A DNA stretch of 52,621 nt from an uncultured archaeon (GTDB lineage Archaea; Aenigmatarchaeota; Aenigmatarchaeia; PWEA01; JAGHBM01), in NCBI GenBank assembly GCA_964584335.1, contig CAZOZN010000001.1:1-52621 (forward strand), given 5' to 3'. The translations under genes and the position numbers were made by a program. The notes beneath the pieces are model-generated. The model saw only the letters and a program-made list of their open reading frames with translations. It searched no databases and was not told the origin of the DNA. Below, one piece after another: positions 32,606 to 41,516 of the stretch; position 1 is the stretch's first letter; the number at the start of each line of letters is the position of its first letter.

Positions 32606-33871
32606 ATGATTGTCAAGAACATACGTTTTATTGTAACTATGAATCCTAAGAGAGAAATAATTAATAATGGTTCTGTTTTAATAAGGGGCAATTCTATAGA
32701 GGAGGTAGGAGATACCAAACATATTTGTTCAAAATACAAGGACGAAGAAATTTTGGATGCCGAGGGAATGGTAGCTATACCCGGGCTTGTTAATTCGCAT
32801 ACACATTCTCCCATGAGTTTGATGAGAGGATATTCTGATGATTTGCCTTTAACGGAATGGCTCGAGAAAATTTGGGAAATTGAAAAAAAGCTAAAACCAA
32901 AGGATTGTTACTACGGTTCTATGCTTGCATGTATCGAGATGATAAGATTTGGGGTAACCACTTTTTCTGATATGTATTTTTATCCGAATGAAATAAAGAA
33001 GGCAGTTGAAGAGTCTGGACTAAGATCTGTAATAGCGGCACCCATTTTTAGTAATATAAGAAAGGATTGTAATTTGATTAATGCAAAGAGATTTGTCAAG
33101 AAAAAGACAGAAAGGATAACCCCTGCTTTAGGTCCTCACTCACCTTACGCTTGCACCAGGGAAGAGTTGTTTGGTGTAAAGCAACTTTCTGAAGAAAACG
33201 ATGCTCTTATACATATTCACGTATCTGAGACCAAAGATGAGGTAAAACAGGTTAAGGAAAAATACGGTATGAGACCCGTTGAATTCTTGGATTCTATCGG
33301 GCTTTTAAAAAACAACTCTCTTTTGGCTCATTGTGTTTGGCTCAATAAAGGGGAAATAAGTTCAATTAATAGAAATTCATCAAAGGTTGTTCATTGCCCG
33401 ACCTCGAATATGAAGCTTGCTTCAGGTGTTGCTCCAATAAAGAATATGAAGGATATAATAATCTCTCTCGGTTCGGACGGTTCCTGCTCTAACAACAACT
33501 TGGATATGTTCGAGGAGATGAAAGTAGCTGCTCTTCTTCAAAAGGTCAGCAATCTTGACTCTACTTTACTTCCAGCCAAGAATGCTTTAGAGATGGCCAC
33601 TATAAATGGCGCCAAGTCTTTAGGTTTAAGCGACATTGGTTCAATCGAGGCAGGCAAGAGAGCTGATTTGGTTCTTATTGATTTTAGAAAGTCTCATTTA
33701 ACCCCCCTATACGAGCCTATATCTAATTTAGTCTATTCCTGCAACGGAAATAATGTCAACACTACGATTTGTAACGGAAAAATATTGATGAAGGACAGGG
33801 AATTGAAACTGGATTTAGGAAAAATAATGAAAAAAGCAGAGGAAATTAAAGAAAATTTAATTAATAAGTAG
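32606..33871 (+). CDS. Amidohydrolase, 5'-deoxyadenosine/MTA/SAH deaminase (DadD/MtaD-like)
   Basis: PGLVNSHTHSPM, GPHSPY, HIHVSET, LAHCVW, HCPTSNMKLASG, LGSDG. ATG 32606 preferred over TTG 32591. Confidence 0.85.
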   Translation: MIVKNIRFIVTMNPKREIINNGSVLIRGNSIEEVGDTKHICSKYKDEEILDAEGMVAIPGLVNSHTHSPMSLMRGYSDDLPLTEWLEKIWEIEKKLKPKDCYYGSMLACIEMIRFGVTTFSDMYFYPNEIKKAVEESGLRSVIAAPIFSNIRKDCNLINAKRFVKKKTERITPALGPHSPYACTREELFGVKQLSEENDALIHIHVSETKDEVKQVKEKYGMRPVEFLDSIGLLKNNSLLAHCVWLNKGEISSINRNSSKVVHCPTSNMKLASGVAPIKNMKDIIISLGSDGSCSNNNLDMFEEMKVAALLQKVSNLDSTLLPAKNALEMATINGAKSLGLSDIGSIEAGKRADLVLIDFRKSHLTPLYEPISNLVYSCNGNNVNTTICNGKILMKDRELKLDLGKIMKKAEEIKENLINK

Positions 33872-34013
33872 TTATTTAAACATTACTGTGTAGTAATTAA
33901 AAAAAACGTTAACTTTATATAGGAGTTATGATAATAATATTTATATACTTTAATGTTTGTTACTATCAATAAATAATAAATATATTATGTTAGTAATAAC
34001 GGGGGGTTATAAT

Positions 34014-34961
34014 ATGGTTAAAAAAAGAAGAAAAAGAGCAAGTTCTGTAAGAAAATGTCCAGATTGCGGTTCTGCTAATTTATCAGAAGATTCTTCAAGA
34101 GGAGAAGTATTCTGTGCCGATTGCGGTTCTATTGTAGATGAAAACATTGTTGATCTTACACAAGAATGGAGAGCATTTGACCAGGAACAGAGATCCAAAA
34201 GAGCAAGAACTGGGGCTCCACTTACTCCTACAAAACACGATAAGGGAATGATTACAGAGATAGGAAAAGGACCCGGAGAGTTATTTAAGGTATCTCCAAA
34301 GAAGAGAGCTCAATATTATAGACTTAGAAAGTGGCAGAAGAGGCTTGTAGAGAGCAAGGATAGAAATCTTAGTTTTGCACTTTCGGAGTTACAAAGACTT
34401 ATTTCATTTTTAGGTTTACCAAAAAATATACACGAGGAAGTTTCTAAGTTATATGAACAGGCCGTTGACAAGGGATTAGTTAGAGGAAGGTCAATGGAGT
34501 CTGTTGTAGCTGCTTTGCTTTATGCAGTATGTAGAGAATTTAAGTCTCCTAGAACTTTGGATGAAATAACAGATGTTTCTGGAGTAGATAAGAGAGAGAT
34601 AGGAAGGACATACAGATATGTATGTCGTGAATTGGGTATAAGAATACTTCCCTCTCAGCCGGAGGACTACATACCAAGATTTGCCACAATGCTTGGGCTT
34701 GGAGACAAAGTTCAGGCAAAAGCAATTAATATACTAAAGAAAGCAAAAGAATATGATGTTACATCGGGTAAAGGGCCAACGGGTGTTGCCGCTGCAGCTC
34801 TTTACATCGCGGCTGTATTGAATGATGAAAAGAGAACACAAAGAGAGGTCGCTGATGTTGTTGGTGTGACAGAAGTAACTATAAGAAACAGATACAAGGA
34901 GATTGTCGATAAATTAGGTATAGAAGAAGAAGTTGAAAAGAAAGTAAGCGAAGATGATTAA
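34014..34961 (+). CDS. tfb: Transcription initiation factor IIB
   Basis: Zn ribbon CPDCG..CADCG, EWRAF, GLVRGRS, GKGPTG, TQREVA..VTEVTIRNRYKE. ATG 34014 follows a GGGGG RBS-like run. Confidence 0.97.
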   Translation: MVKKRRKRASSVRKCPDCGSANLSEDSSRGEVFCADCGSIVDENIVDLTQEWRAFDQEQRSKRARTGAPLTPTKHDKGMITEIGKGPGELFKVSPKKRAQYYRLRKWQKRLVESKDRNLSFALSELQRLISFLGLPKNIHEEVSKLYEQAVDKGLVRGRSMESVVAALLYAVCREFKSPRTLDEITDVSGVDKREIGRTYRYVCRELGIRILPSQPEDYIPRFATMLGLGDKVQAKAINILKKAKEYDVTSGKGPTGVAAAALYIAAVLNDEKRTQREVADVVGVTEVTIRNRYKEIVDKLGIEEEVEKKVSEDD

Positions 34962-35000
34962 TCTTCTTTAAAATGTAAATTTATATTTGGGGGGTTGAGA

Positions 35001-35237
35001 ATGCAAAATAGAATACAGGGCAAGTATCATTCAGATTTGACTATGGATATGAGTCTTTTTCCTTTTAGAGACAAACAGGATCTCGTAAAGATAAGAAAAC
35101 CTGTTGTCAAGAGAGAGGGAAGAGTGGTTAAAGATTGTAATTTTTACAGAACCAGCGGTCAATGTTTCGGTACTAGATGTTTCTGGACTAGGAATGGTGT
35201 TTGTCCGTTTTTTGATAGTAAAAGAAATTCTGAATAA
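35001..35237 (+). CDS. Small hypothetical protein with 4-Cys C-terminal motif
   Basis: CNFYRTSGQCFGTRCFWTRNGVCPFF; GGGGG upstream of ATG 35001 (ORF track starts at TTG 34995). Confidence 0.6.
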   Translation: MQNRIQGKYHSDLTMDMSLFPFRDKQDLVKIRKPVVKREGRVVKDCNFYRTSGQCFGTRCFWTRNGVCPFFDSKRNSE

Positions 35238-35287
35238 AAATAAATTTTTGGTTTTTTCATGATTATTGATAGCCATGGCTATAAAAA

Positions 35288-36373
35288 TCACAAGGCTTTT
35301 TTTACTTCTTTGAATTTTGCGTTTGTCTTTATTGCAGTCGGACAGAAGTGAGTTCTTGAGGTCCTGAAGCCTTTTTTTTCTAGTTTTTCCATGGTAATTT
35401 CCATTTTCTCGGGACTTTTTCCTGTTTTCTTGTAAAGATAATGAAGGTCGTAATATAGTGGAAACTGAATCTCGTTTTGTATTTTTTGCAGAAGTTTTTC
35501 TTCGCTAACAAACATTCTTCTTTTTGCGCTTTCAATTACTTTTTCAATGAATTTTTTGTTTTGTATTTCCCCGAGAAAGACTTTACAGAATCTTGTTTTT
35601 TCTCCACACTCCGGGCAATTTTTTTCTAGTAAAGTGTCTCTCCAACCACACTTGAAGCAGTGTGATATATAAGAGAATTCTTTCATGTCCCTGTTTACCC
35701 TCTTTACACCTTTTTCTACTTTTCCGTATACTCTGAAGTAATGGAGCCTGGAGTAACTCAGAAGTGGCTTGAAAAGCCTGTCGTATCTTGAGAATATCTT
35801 TTTTACTGATGAAATAAGTATCCTTATACCAAGTTCGTTGTAGTAATCTGTTTTCATTGATTTTATTCCGTAACGCCTTTGGGAGACTTTTGGATAGCTT
35901 CCGCACAAAGGAGCAGTATCTGTTGCAGTTAAGGCGAGAAAGCCTTTCCTGCCGAGGCTTGATGATGCCGAATCAATGAATCCTATAGGCGAACCAAAAG
36001 GGTCTATGTCTATAAAATTAAAATGATTTTTTCTCATCAAAGTATTTGCATCTTCTTCAGTTATTTCTATGTCCATTTTGTTTAATTTTTTATTTTTCTT
36101 TATTATTTCAAAAGCCTTGGGGTTGCAGTCATTTGACCATGTGTTTATTTTGTTTTCTGCCTTGTACCTCAAAGCTCTTATACCTGTCGCCGATAAAGCG
36201 TCTAAGCCCTTTAAGTCCTCTTTTATTATAGAATCAATATTTTCTAATACACACACAGATATATTCCTGTCAAAGGACATTTTTGGGTTGTAAAAAACTT
36301 CACCTTCCTCAGGTTTTTTAACATCCGGTATTAATATCTCTACCATACCCTCTTTTATCTTTTTCATGCTCAT
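35288..36373 (-). CDS. trm1: tRNA (guanine26-N2)-dimethyltransferase
   Basis: VFYNPKM..DRNIS, LDALSATGIRALRY, IDIDPFGSP, TATDTAPLCG, Zn knuckle CFKC..CPEC, SRTHF. Confidence 0.95.
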   Translation of the reverse strand: MSMKKIKEGMVEILIPDVKKPEEGEVFYNPKMSFDRNISVCVLENIDSIIKEDLKGLDALSATGIRALRYKAENKINTWSNDCNPKAFEIIKKNKKLNKMDIEITEEDANTLMRKNHFNFIDIDPFGSPIGFIDSASSSLGRKGFLALTATDTAPLCGSYPKVSQRRYGIKSMKTDYYNELGIRILISSVKKIFSRYDRLFKPLLSYSRLHYFRVYGKVEKGVKRVNRDMKEFSYISHCFKCGWRDTLLEKNCPECGEKTRFCKVFLGEIQNKKFIEKVIESAKRRMFVSEEKLLQKIQNEIQFPLYYDLHYLYKKTGKSPEKMEITMEKLEKKGFRTSRTHFCPTAIKTNAKFKEVKKAL

Positions 36374-36433
36374 AGATTATATTCATCATAAAACAAATAA
36401 AAGATTTAAATTTGTTGTTCTTACATTCTATTT

Positions 36434-37054
36434 ATGAAAATTTTATGCTCTAGCGACTTTCATGGAGTAAAACCTGTACAAATGAAAAGCATAATAAAAA
36501 ATAATAAGATAGATGCTATACTTTCAGGAGGCGACTATTCTCCTCATGGTTGGGGCGGAGAGGGAGATAGCGAGGAAGGTCCTTTGAAGTTTTTGACAAA
36601 GCTCGGTGTTCCTGTTTTTTCTGTTTTTGGAAATATAGACCAGGATAAGGATTTTTTTGAGGATTTTGATTCCAATAACAGGAATTTTAATTTTATACAC
36701 CTAAAAAAGGTCAGAATAAAGGATTATTATGTCTTGGGGATAGGCGATTTTTATCTTGATTCTTTTGCTCTTAAGAAGTTTGAAAAACTTTTAAAGGAAA
36801 AACCCGATAAGACCATAGTCTTGAGCCATTACCCGCCCGAAGGAGCTGTTGACATCACTGATTTTGGCATGCATGTGGGTAGCAAGGAGCTGAGGGATTT
36901 GGTTGAAAAGTACAAGCCGCCATTGTTTGTCTGCGGCCATATACATGAGGCGGCCGGAATTGAAAACATAGGCAAGACCATAGTTGTAAACGTTGCAATG
37001 AGAAACGTTTTAATTGAAATAGAAAAAGATGAAATTAATGTGTCTCTAGTTTAA
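36434..37054 (+). CDS. Calcineurin-like metallophosphoesterase
   Basis: SDFHG, GGD, GNID, SHYPP, HVGS, CGHIHE. Confidence 0.9.
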   Translation: MKILCSSDFHGVKPVQMKSIIKNNKIDAILSGGDYSPHGWGGEGDSEEGPLKFLTKLGVPVFSVFGNIDQDKDFFEDFDSNNRNFNFIHLKKVRIKDYYVLGIGDFYLDSFALKKFEKLLKEKPDKTIVLSHYPPEGAVDITDFGMHVGSKELRDLVEKYKPPLFVCGHIHEAAGIENIGKTIVVNVAMRNVLIEIEKDEINVSLV

Positions 37055-37056
37055 AT

Positions 37057-38244
37057 TTATTTTTTACTTTTTTCATTCTCTCTGCATTCAGCCATTTTTC
37101 TTACGCTCCCAACAAATCTTCTTACGTATTCCTTGCTCATGTTTATTTCCCTGTCATTTATTTCGTCTACTTTGTTTTCATTTACAAGTTTTTTCATCTT
37201 TAGTATTTTGGCAAGTACATTTTCGTATACAGGATTTACTACGCCTTCCTCGACAAGGTGCTTTTTGAAAGCCGAAGGAAGTTTCTTTGGGTCTTCTGGA
37301 AGTTTTTCCATTGATTTTAGAGCTGCTACGCTTGCCTTTATCATTACCTGATAGGTTTTTTCTACATCGTTTGCTTTTCTGTTTCTTTCCAAGACCTTCA
37401 GAACTCTTTTCATTTCTTCTACAAATTCTTTTGTTCTTTCTATATACTTGTCTAGTTCCTCTCCCTTTATCTCTTTCACTTCCTTGTGTTCGGTCTTTTT
37501 TCTGAAGTCAATTATATCTTCAATAATCTTTATGTATTTTTCTTTTGTTAATTTGTTTTCAACCAAATATTTCTTTCCTGTTTCTGCAGCATGGTTTGCT
37601 CCAGGAGGGCCTCTTCCCATGTACATCAAAACAGCCTGAAGAGAATTTAGACATGCATAATAAAGGTCTTCTGCGACTATGTACATTTTTGCGTGCTCCG
37701 CTCTTCTCAATCTTTTTGGGACGCTTTCAAGCCTGTTTTCAACAGCTTCTTTTGTAAGTGGCATCTGACCCCTTTCAAATAGCCTCTTGTTTGTCAAAAA
37801 GAAACCGGTGTCGTATACAGCCATACCGTCTTTAAGTAAATTATAAGCTAGAGGATTACATTGTCTTATCATGCTCATAAATTCTGTTATAGTCCATATA
37901 GGCTGCGGCGATAATTCAACGTCAGCTTCCTTTGCTGCACTGAACATAAAATTATTTATCTCGTCTCTTATTTTTTTGTTTAGATTGCCTCTTGTATCGT
38001 CTACCAGAACTACTACGTCGATATCGCTTTTATGATGGAACTCGTCCCTTACAACACTACCCCATGCGACTATTGCCTTTACATAAGGACCGTACTTATC
38101 AAGCATGTTTTTGCTGAATTTTTTTATTACCTTGGCCCTTCTTTTTTTCTCGAATTCCCTTATCTTCTTGCCTGTTTTTTTCTTTAATTTATTTTTTTTT
38201 GTCTTCTTCTTGGAAATTCTTTTCTTTAATTTTTTATTAACCAT
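37057..38244 (-). CDS. Nucleotidyltransferase (MNT, Pol-beta fold) fused to a HEPN-like helical domain
   Basis: WGSVVR..SDIDVVVLVDD, VYDTGF, then YYACLNSLQAVL..RKKTEH. Confidence 0.8.
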   Translation of the reverse strand: MVNKKLKKRISKKKTKKNKLKKKTGKKIREFEKKRRAKVIKKFSKNMLDKYGPYVKAIVAWGSVVRDEFHHKSDIDVVVLVDDTRGNLNKKIRDEINNFMFSAAKEADVELSPQPIWTITEFMSMIRQCNPLAYNLLKDGMAVYDTGFFLTNKRLFERGQMPLTKEAVENRLESVPKRLRRAEHAKMYIVAEDLYYACLNSLQAVLMYMGRGPPGANHAAETGKKYLVENKLTKEKYIKIIEDIIDFRKKTEHKEVKEIKGEELDKYIERTKEFVEEMKRVLKVLERNRKANDVEKTYQVMIKASVAALKSMEKLPEDPKKLPSAFKKHLVEEGVVNPVYENVLAKILKMKKLVNENKVDEINDREINMSKEYVRRFVGSVRKMAECRENEKSKK

Positions 38245-38298
38245 AAGAACACTCCCAATTAACCACTAATAAATAGTTACACAAACTTCTATATAAAG

Positions 38299-39843
38299 CT
38301 ATCGGTGCTCTTCTTTTTTCCAAGTATCCGGTTTTATTTGTTTTTTCCTTACCGCTTCACCACTCAGCCATGTGTAATCAAGTTCCGGAAGCTCCAGCAT
38401 TCCTCTGAGCGGGTCGAAGGCATGAGAATCCACAATTCTTTTTTCGTGCTCCATCTCGGCTTTTGTTAGCCCGAAGAATTCATCTGGTAGTTCGTCGGGA
38501 GGAACTTCTCTCGAAAGGTAGTATGCAATGTCTTTTAAAGTTACTATAACCTGACCATATCTTTCCTTTTCTTCTTTTCCTCCGACTTCAAATATAAAAA
38601 TGGCATGTTCCATACCTTTCTTTCTTAATTCCCATAACAGCTTATAAGTATGTATATCCCCTCTTGGCACGTGGCTGTGTTTGTGGGATGTTGTAGGCAC
38701 CATTCCTATGTGCAGATTTTTTACATATGAACCTATATTATTCCATGTCTCCTTCAAGACCTGTTCCGGTCCCAGACCCTGTGTTGCAAGATGTTCAAAA
38801 TCTATTGTTATTTTTATGTGCTCCGGGTCCAATGTCTTTGATATTGCTGCCATGTGTTCCGGTCTGTATATTTTCATCGCACCCACCCATTCCTCGTTCA
38901 TAAGAGGCGGCGCTTCAAGAGTTATAGTCAAGTTTTTTTCTTGTATTTTTTCTAGGTGTTTTCTCAGATGCCCCTGTATATACTTTGCTGCTACTGCTGC
39001 TACAACCCTCCCTCTGTCTTTACCATTCATTTTTTCGTAACTTTCCTTACCGCATATAAGCCTCCATATAGGGTCCTTTACTTCAGACATCCACCTTCCC
39101 ATTATCTCATAAGAATACAATTCTATACCTCTATCCCTCCAGGGTTGTTTTTCTAGGTTATCACTCTGCCAATCTTTTAGGTATTCCTTCTTCATTTTTT
39201 TAATTAATTTTTCATATTCTTTTTTATATTCCTCTTCTGTTATCTCCTTGCCCATATACTTGTCTCTAATTTCTTGCTTGGCAAAGTAATCCCAACCCCT
39301 TCCAAATATTTCTCTGGGAATGAAATCATCCAAAAACCATTTTTTTAATTTCGGTGTTCTTTTAGTTATCTTTTTTATTATGTTTTCACCGTTTTCATCT
39401 ACAAGATGTTCGTGCCTTCTAGGTATGTTTTCGAGTTCCGGCCAAGGCGTCATACAAGAGTGAAAAAGAAGGTACTCCGCTTTCAGCTTTATTGCAGTGT
39501 CTATAAACCTTTTCATTTCTTCGTTTGCTGTCCTCCACTCTACCGAATAGGAACCAGTTATCTTTGGATGGCTTACTCCGGCATGAACTGCAATTTTCAT
39601 TTCAAGTGATTTTATATTCCTCTTTATTGTGTCTATTTCTCTTTTGGTGTAAGCCGCCGGATGATCTGAAGCTATTTCTGCGAAATTAACTCCTTTTGAA
39701 GCCACGTAATTTAGTCTTTCCATGGGAGTTGCCCCGTGCATGCCCGTGGACGCGCCTACTATATAATCTGTATCAGGTTCAGAGCTTTTTTCTCCTCCCT
39801 CAAGAATTTTTTTTATAGCTTTTTTAATCATCTTTAAGAACAC
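38299..39843 (-). CDS. Xylose isomerase/AP endonuclease 2-like TIM-barrel protein with large helical insert
   Basis: AVHAG, LFHS, TLEAP, IDFEHL, NLHIG, HKH, IFEVG pattern of metal ligands. Confidence 0.65.
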   Translation of the reverse strand: MFLKMIKKAIKKILEGGEKSSEPDTDYIVGASTGMHGATPMERLNYVASKGVNFAEIASDHPAAYTKREIDTIKRNIKSLEMKIAVHAGVSHPKITGSYSVEWRTANEEMKRFIDTAIKLKAEYLLFHSCMTPWPELENIPRRHEHLVDENGENIIKKITKRTPKLKKWFLDDFIPREIFGRGWDYFAKQEIRDKYMGKEITEEEYKKEYEKLIKKMKKEYLKDWQSDNLEKQPWRDRGIELYSYEIMGRWMSEVKDPIWRLICGKESYEKMNGKDRGRVVAAVAAKYIQGHLRKHLEKIQEKNLTITLEAPPLMNEEWVGAMKIYRPEHMAAISKTLDPEHIKITIDFEHLATQGLGPEQVLKETWNNIGSYVKNLHIGMVPTTSHKHSHVPRGDIHTYKLLWELRKKGMEHAIFIFEVGGKEEKERYGQVIVTLKDIAYYLSREVPPDELPDEFFGLTKAEMEHEKRIVDSHAFDPLRGMLELPELDYTWLSGEAVRKKQIKPDTWKKEEHR

Positions 39844-39855
39844 CGCTAAGAAACA

Positions 39856-41055
39856 TTAATGCCTCTTTAGTTTTATTCCTCCAACCAAATCCTTTAAGCT
39901 GTCGTAAAATCCTATGAAGTCATCATTAACCATTTTTTCCAGCTTTCCCTTATACCCTTTAGGTATGTGATATTTTCCTTCTGCCGGTTTTCCTATTAAA
40001 GAACGTATAGTATTTTCTACTGAAACCAATATTTTGTTGCTCTCTTTTATTTCTTCTTTGTCTTCCTTTTTTTCACCGCCTCTGAACTGTTCTATTTCAT
40101 TCCACAATATGTTCTCTCTCTCTTTTATTTTGTTTTTTATCTCTTCTATCTCCTTACCGGTTTTTAGATAGGCCTTTATTTTTATCTCCATTTTTTCTGT
40201 TCTTTTACCTGAAACAGTTAGAGATTTTCTTTTTATCTCTATTTCAAAAAACGAATAGAAAGAGTGCTTTTCTTTGTTTTCATACTCAAATCTTTTATCA
40301 ATGTCAATACCTTTCCAGCAGAAAAGTTCCACACCTGCTACAGATGTATCATACCCTTCTATGAGGCTTGGGTCGTCCAGTCCTGTATATTCACTTTCTG
40401 AGAATTTTATTTTGTTCATAGCTTTTACGTAAGGCTCAAGTATTTCCTTGTACATGTTCAATGAAGCTTTCCTGCTATTTAGCTGTTCTTTGAGCATTTT
40501 TACCTTGTCGTTTATTTCTCTTCCGTATTTCTCTTTCCAATAAAGATAAAGTCTGAATTTCTTTTTTAATATCCCTTTTTCTGTTTGTGTTAATTTCATT
40601 TTTTTAATGTCTTCTTCGCTTTTAACTTTATAGAAGTCAACAACTATAGTCGGGAATTTGCCACTTGCAGCTAAATTTATTAAGCTTAGCTGGTCTGTGT
40701 TTCTGTCAACCAAATCCACGAAGTCGGATTTTAGCACGTGTTCGTCTTTTTCTCTGAAGTGGTCTTGAACTTCTTCTAGCCTCCTTAAATCATGTTTTAT
40801 TAGTTCTATATCTCTCCTCATATCTCCCAGATTTACCATAACCCTGCCAATACTTTGTTCGAGTGCCTGTTTTTTTTGAAGCATTTCCTGGTGGTAATTG
40901 CTTCTGGGGTTTATTTCAAGCCAGTCCTTATATTTTTTTACCTCGTAACCGTATGTCTTCTTTAGAAGTGATATCATCTTAAAATAAATTTTTGTAGGAA
41001 AATCAGCTTTACCTTTTATTTTGAAGGTTCTTTCTTTTAAGGCTCCCATACTCAC
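39856..41055 (-). CDS. Hypothetical protein with coiled-coil segments
   Basis: 399-aa ORF leading a tight minus-strand run. No catalytic motif recognised. Confidence 0.75.
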   Translation of the reverse strand: MSMGALKERTFKIKGKADFPTKIYFKMISLLKKTYGYEVKKYKDWLEINPRSNYHQEMLQKKQALEQSIGRVMVNLGDMRRDIELIKHDLRRLEEVQDHFREKDEHVLKSDFVDLVDRNTDQLSLINLAASGKFPTIVVDFYKVKSEEDIKKMKLTQTEKGILKKKFRLYLYWKEKYGREINDKVKMLKEQLNSRKASLNMYKEILEPYVKAMNKIKFSESEYTGLDDPSLIEGYDTSVAGVELFCWKGIDIDKRFEYENKEKHSFYSFFEIEIKRKSLTVSGKRTEKMEIKIKAYLKTGKEIEEIKNKIKERENILWNEIEQFRGGEKKEDKEEIKESNKILVSVENTIRSLIGKPAEGKYHIPKGYKGKLEKMVNDDFIGFYDSLKDLVGGIKLKRH

Positions 41056-41105
41056 ACCAATTTAATATTTAAATAACGTCATTTTAATATTTATAGGGAA
41101 ATCAG

Positions 41106-41516
41106 ATGCTTGATACAATTAAAAAAATGGTCCTGAACAAGAATAAAAAGGATTCAAATTTAGATAAACCTCGCAAAAGCGATGATATCCAAGGCAGGCC
41201 ACATGACGATTATCATATACCTGAGCCCGAGGATATAAGAAGACTTCCTTCTCCAAGCATTCAGAACATGCCAAGAGATGATTATTCTAGAAGACAACCC
41301 ATGGAACCTAACTATCCAAGAGAACCCCAGAGGAATAGAGAATACCAGTATCCGGAACCACAAAGAATGAATCCTGAAAGAAGAATGCCACAAACAAGGC
41401 CTGACATAAACGAGACTATAAGAGATATTCTATACAGGATTGATAATATTGAGAGAAGGGTTTCTAGACTGGAAAGATATGGTCCGCAGCCAGGGCCACA
41501 ACCTGTAAGATATTAG
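41106..41516 (+). CDS. Hypothetical Pro/Arg-rich disordered protein with C-terminal coiled coil
   Basis: EPNYPREPQRNREYQYPEPQRMNPERRMP; IRDILYRIDNIERRVSRLER. Confidence 0.7.
   Translation: MLDTIKKMVLNKNKKDSNLDKPRKSDDIQGRPHDDYHIPEPEDIRRLPSPSIQNMPRDDYSRRQPMEPNYPREPQRNREYQYPEPQRMNPERRMPQTRPDINETIRDILYRIDNIERRVSRLERYGPQPGPQPVRY

Noticed and set aside
33872-34013. Replication origin in the AT-rich gap before tfb
   Set aside because: No ORB-like repeats and no adjacent orc1/cdc6. The TTTATATA elements are adequately explained as tfb promoters.
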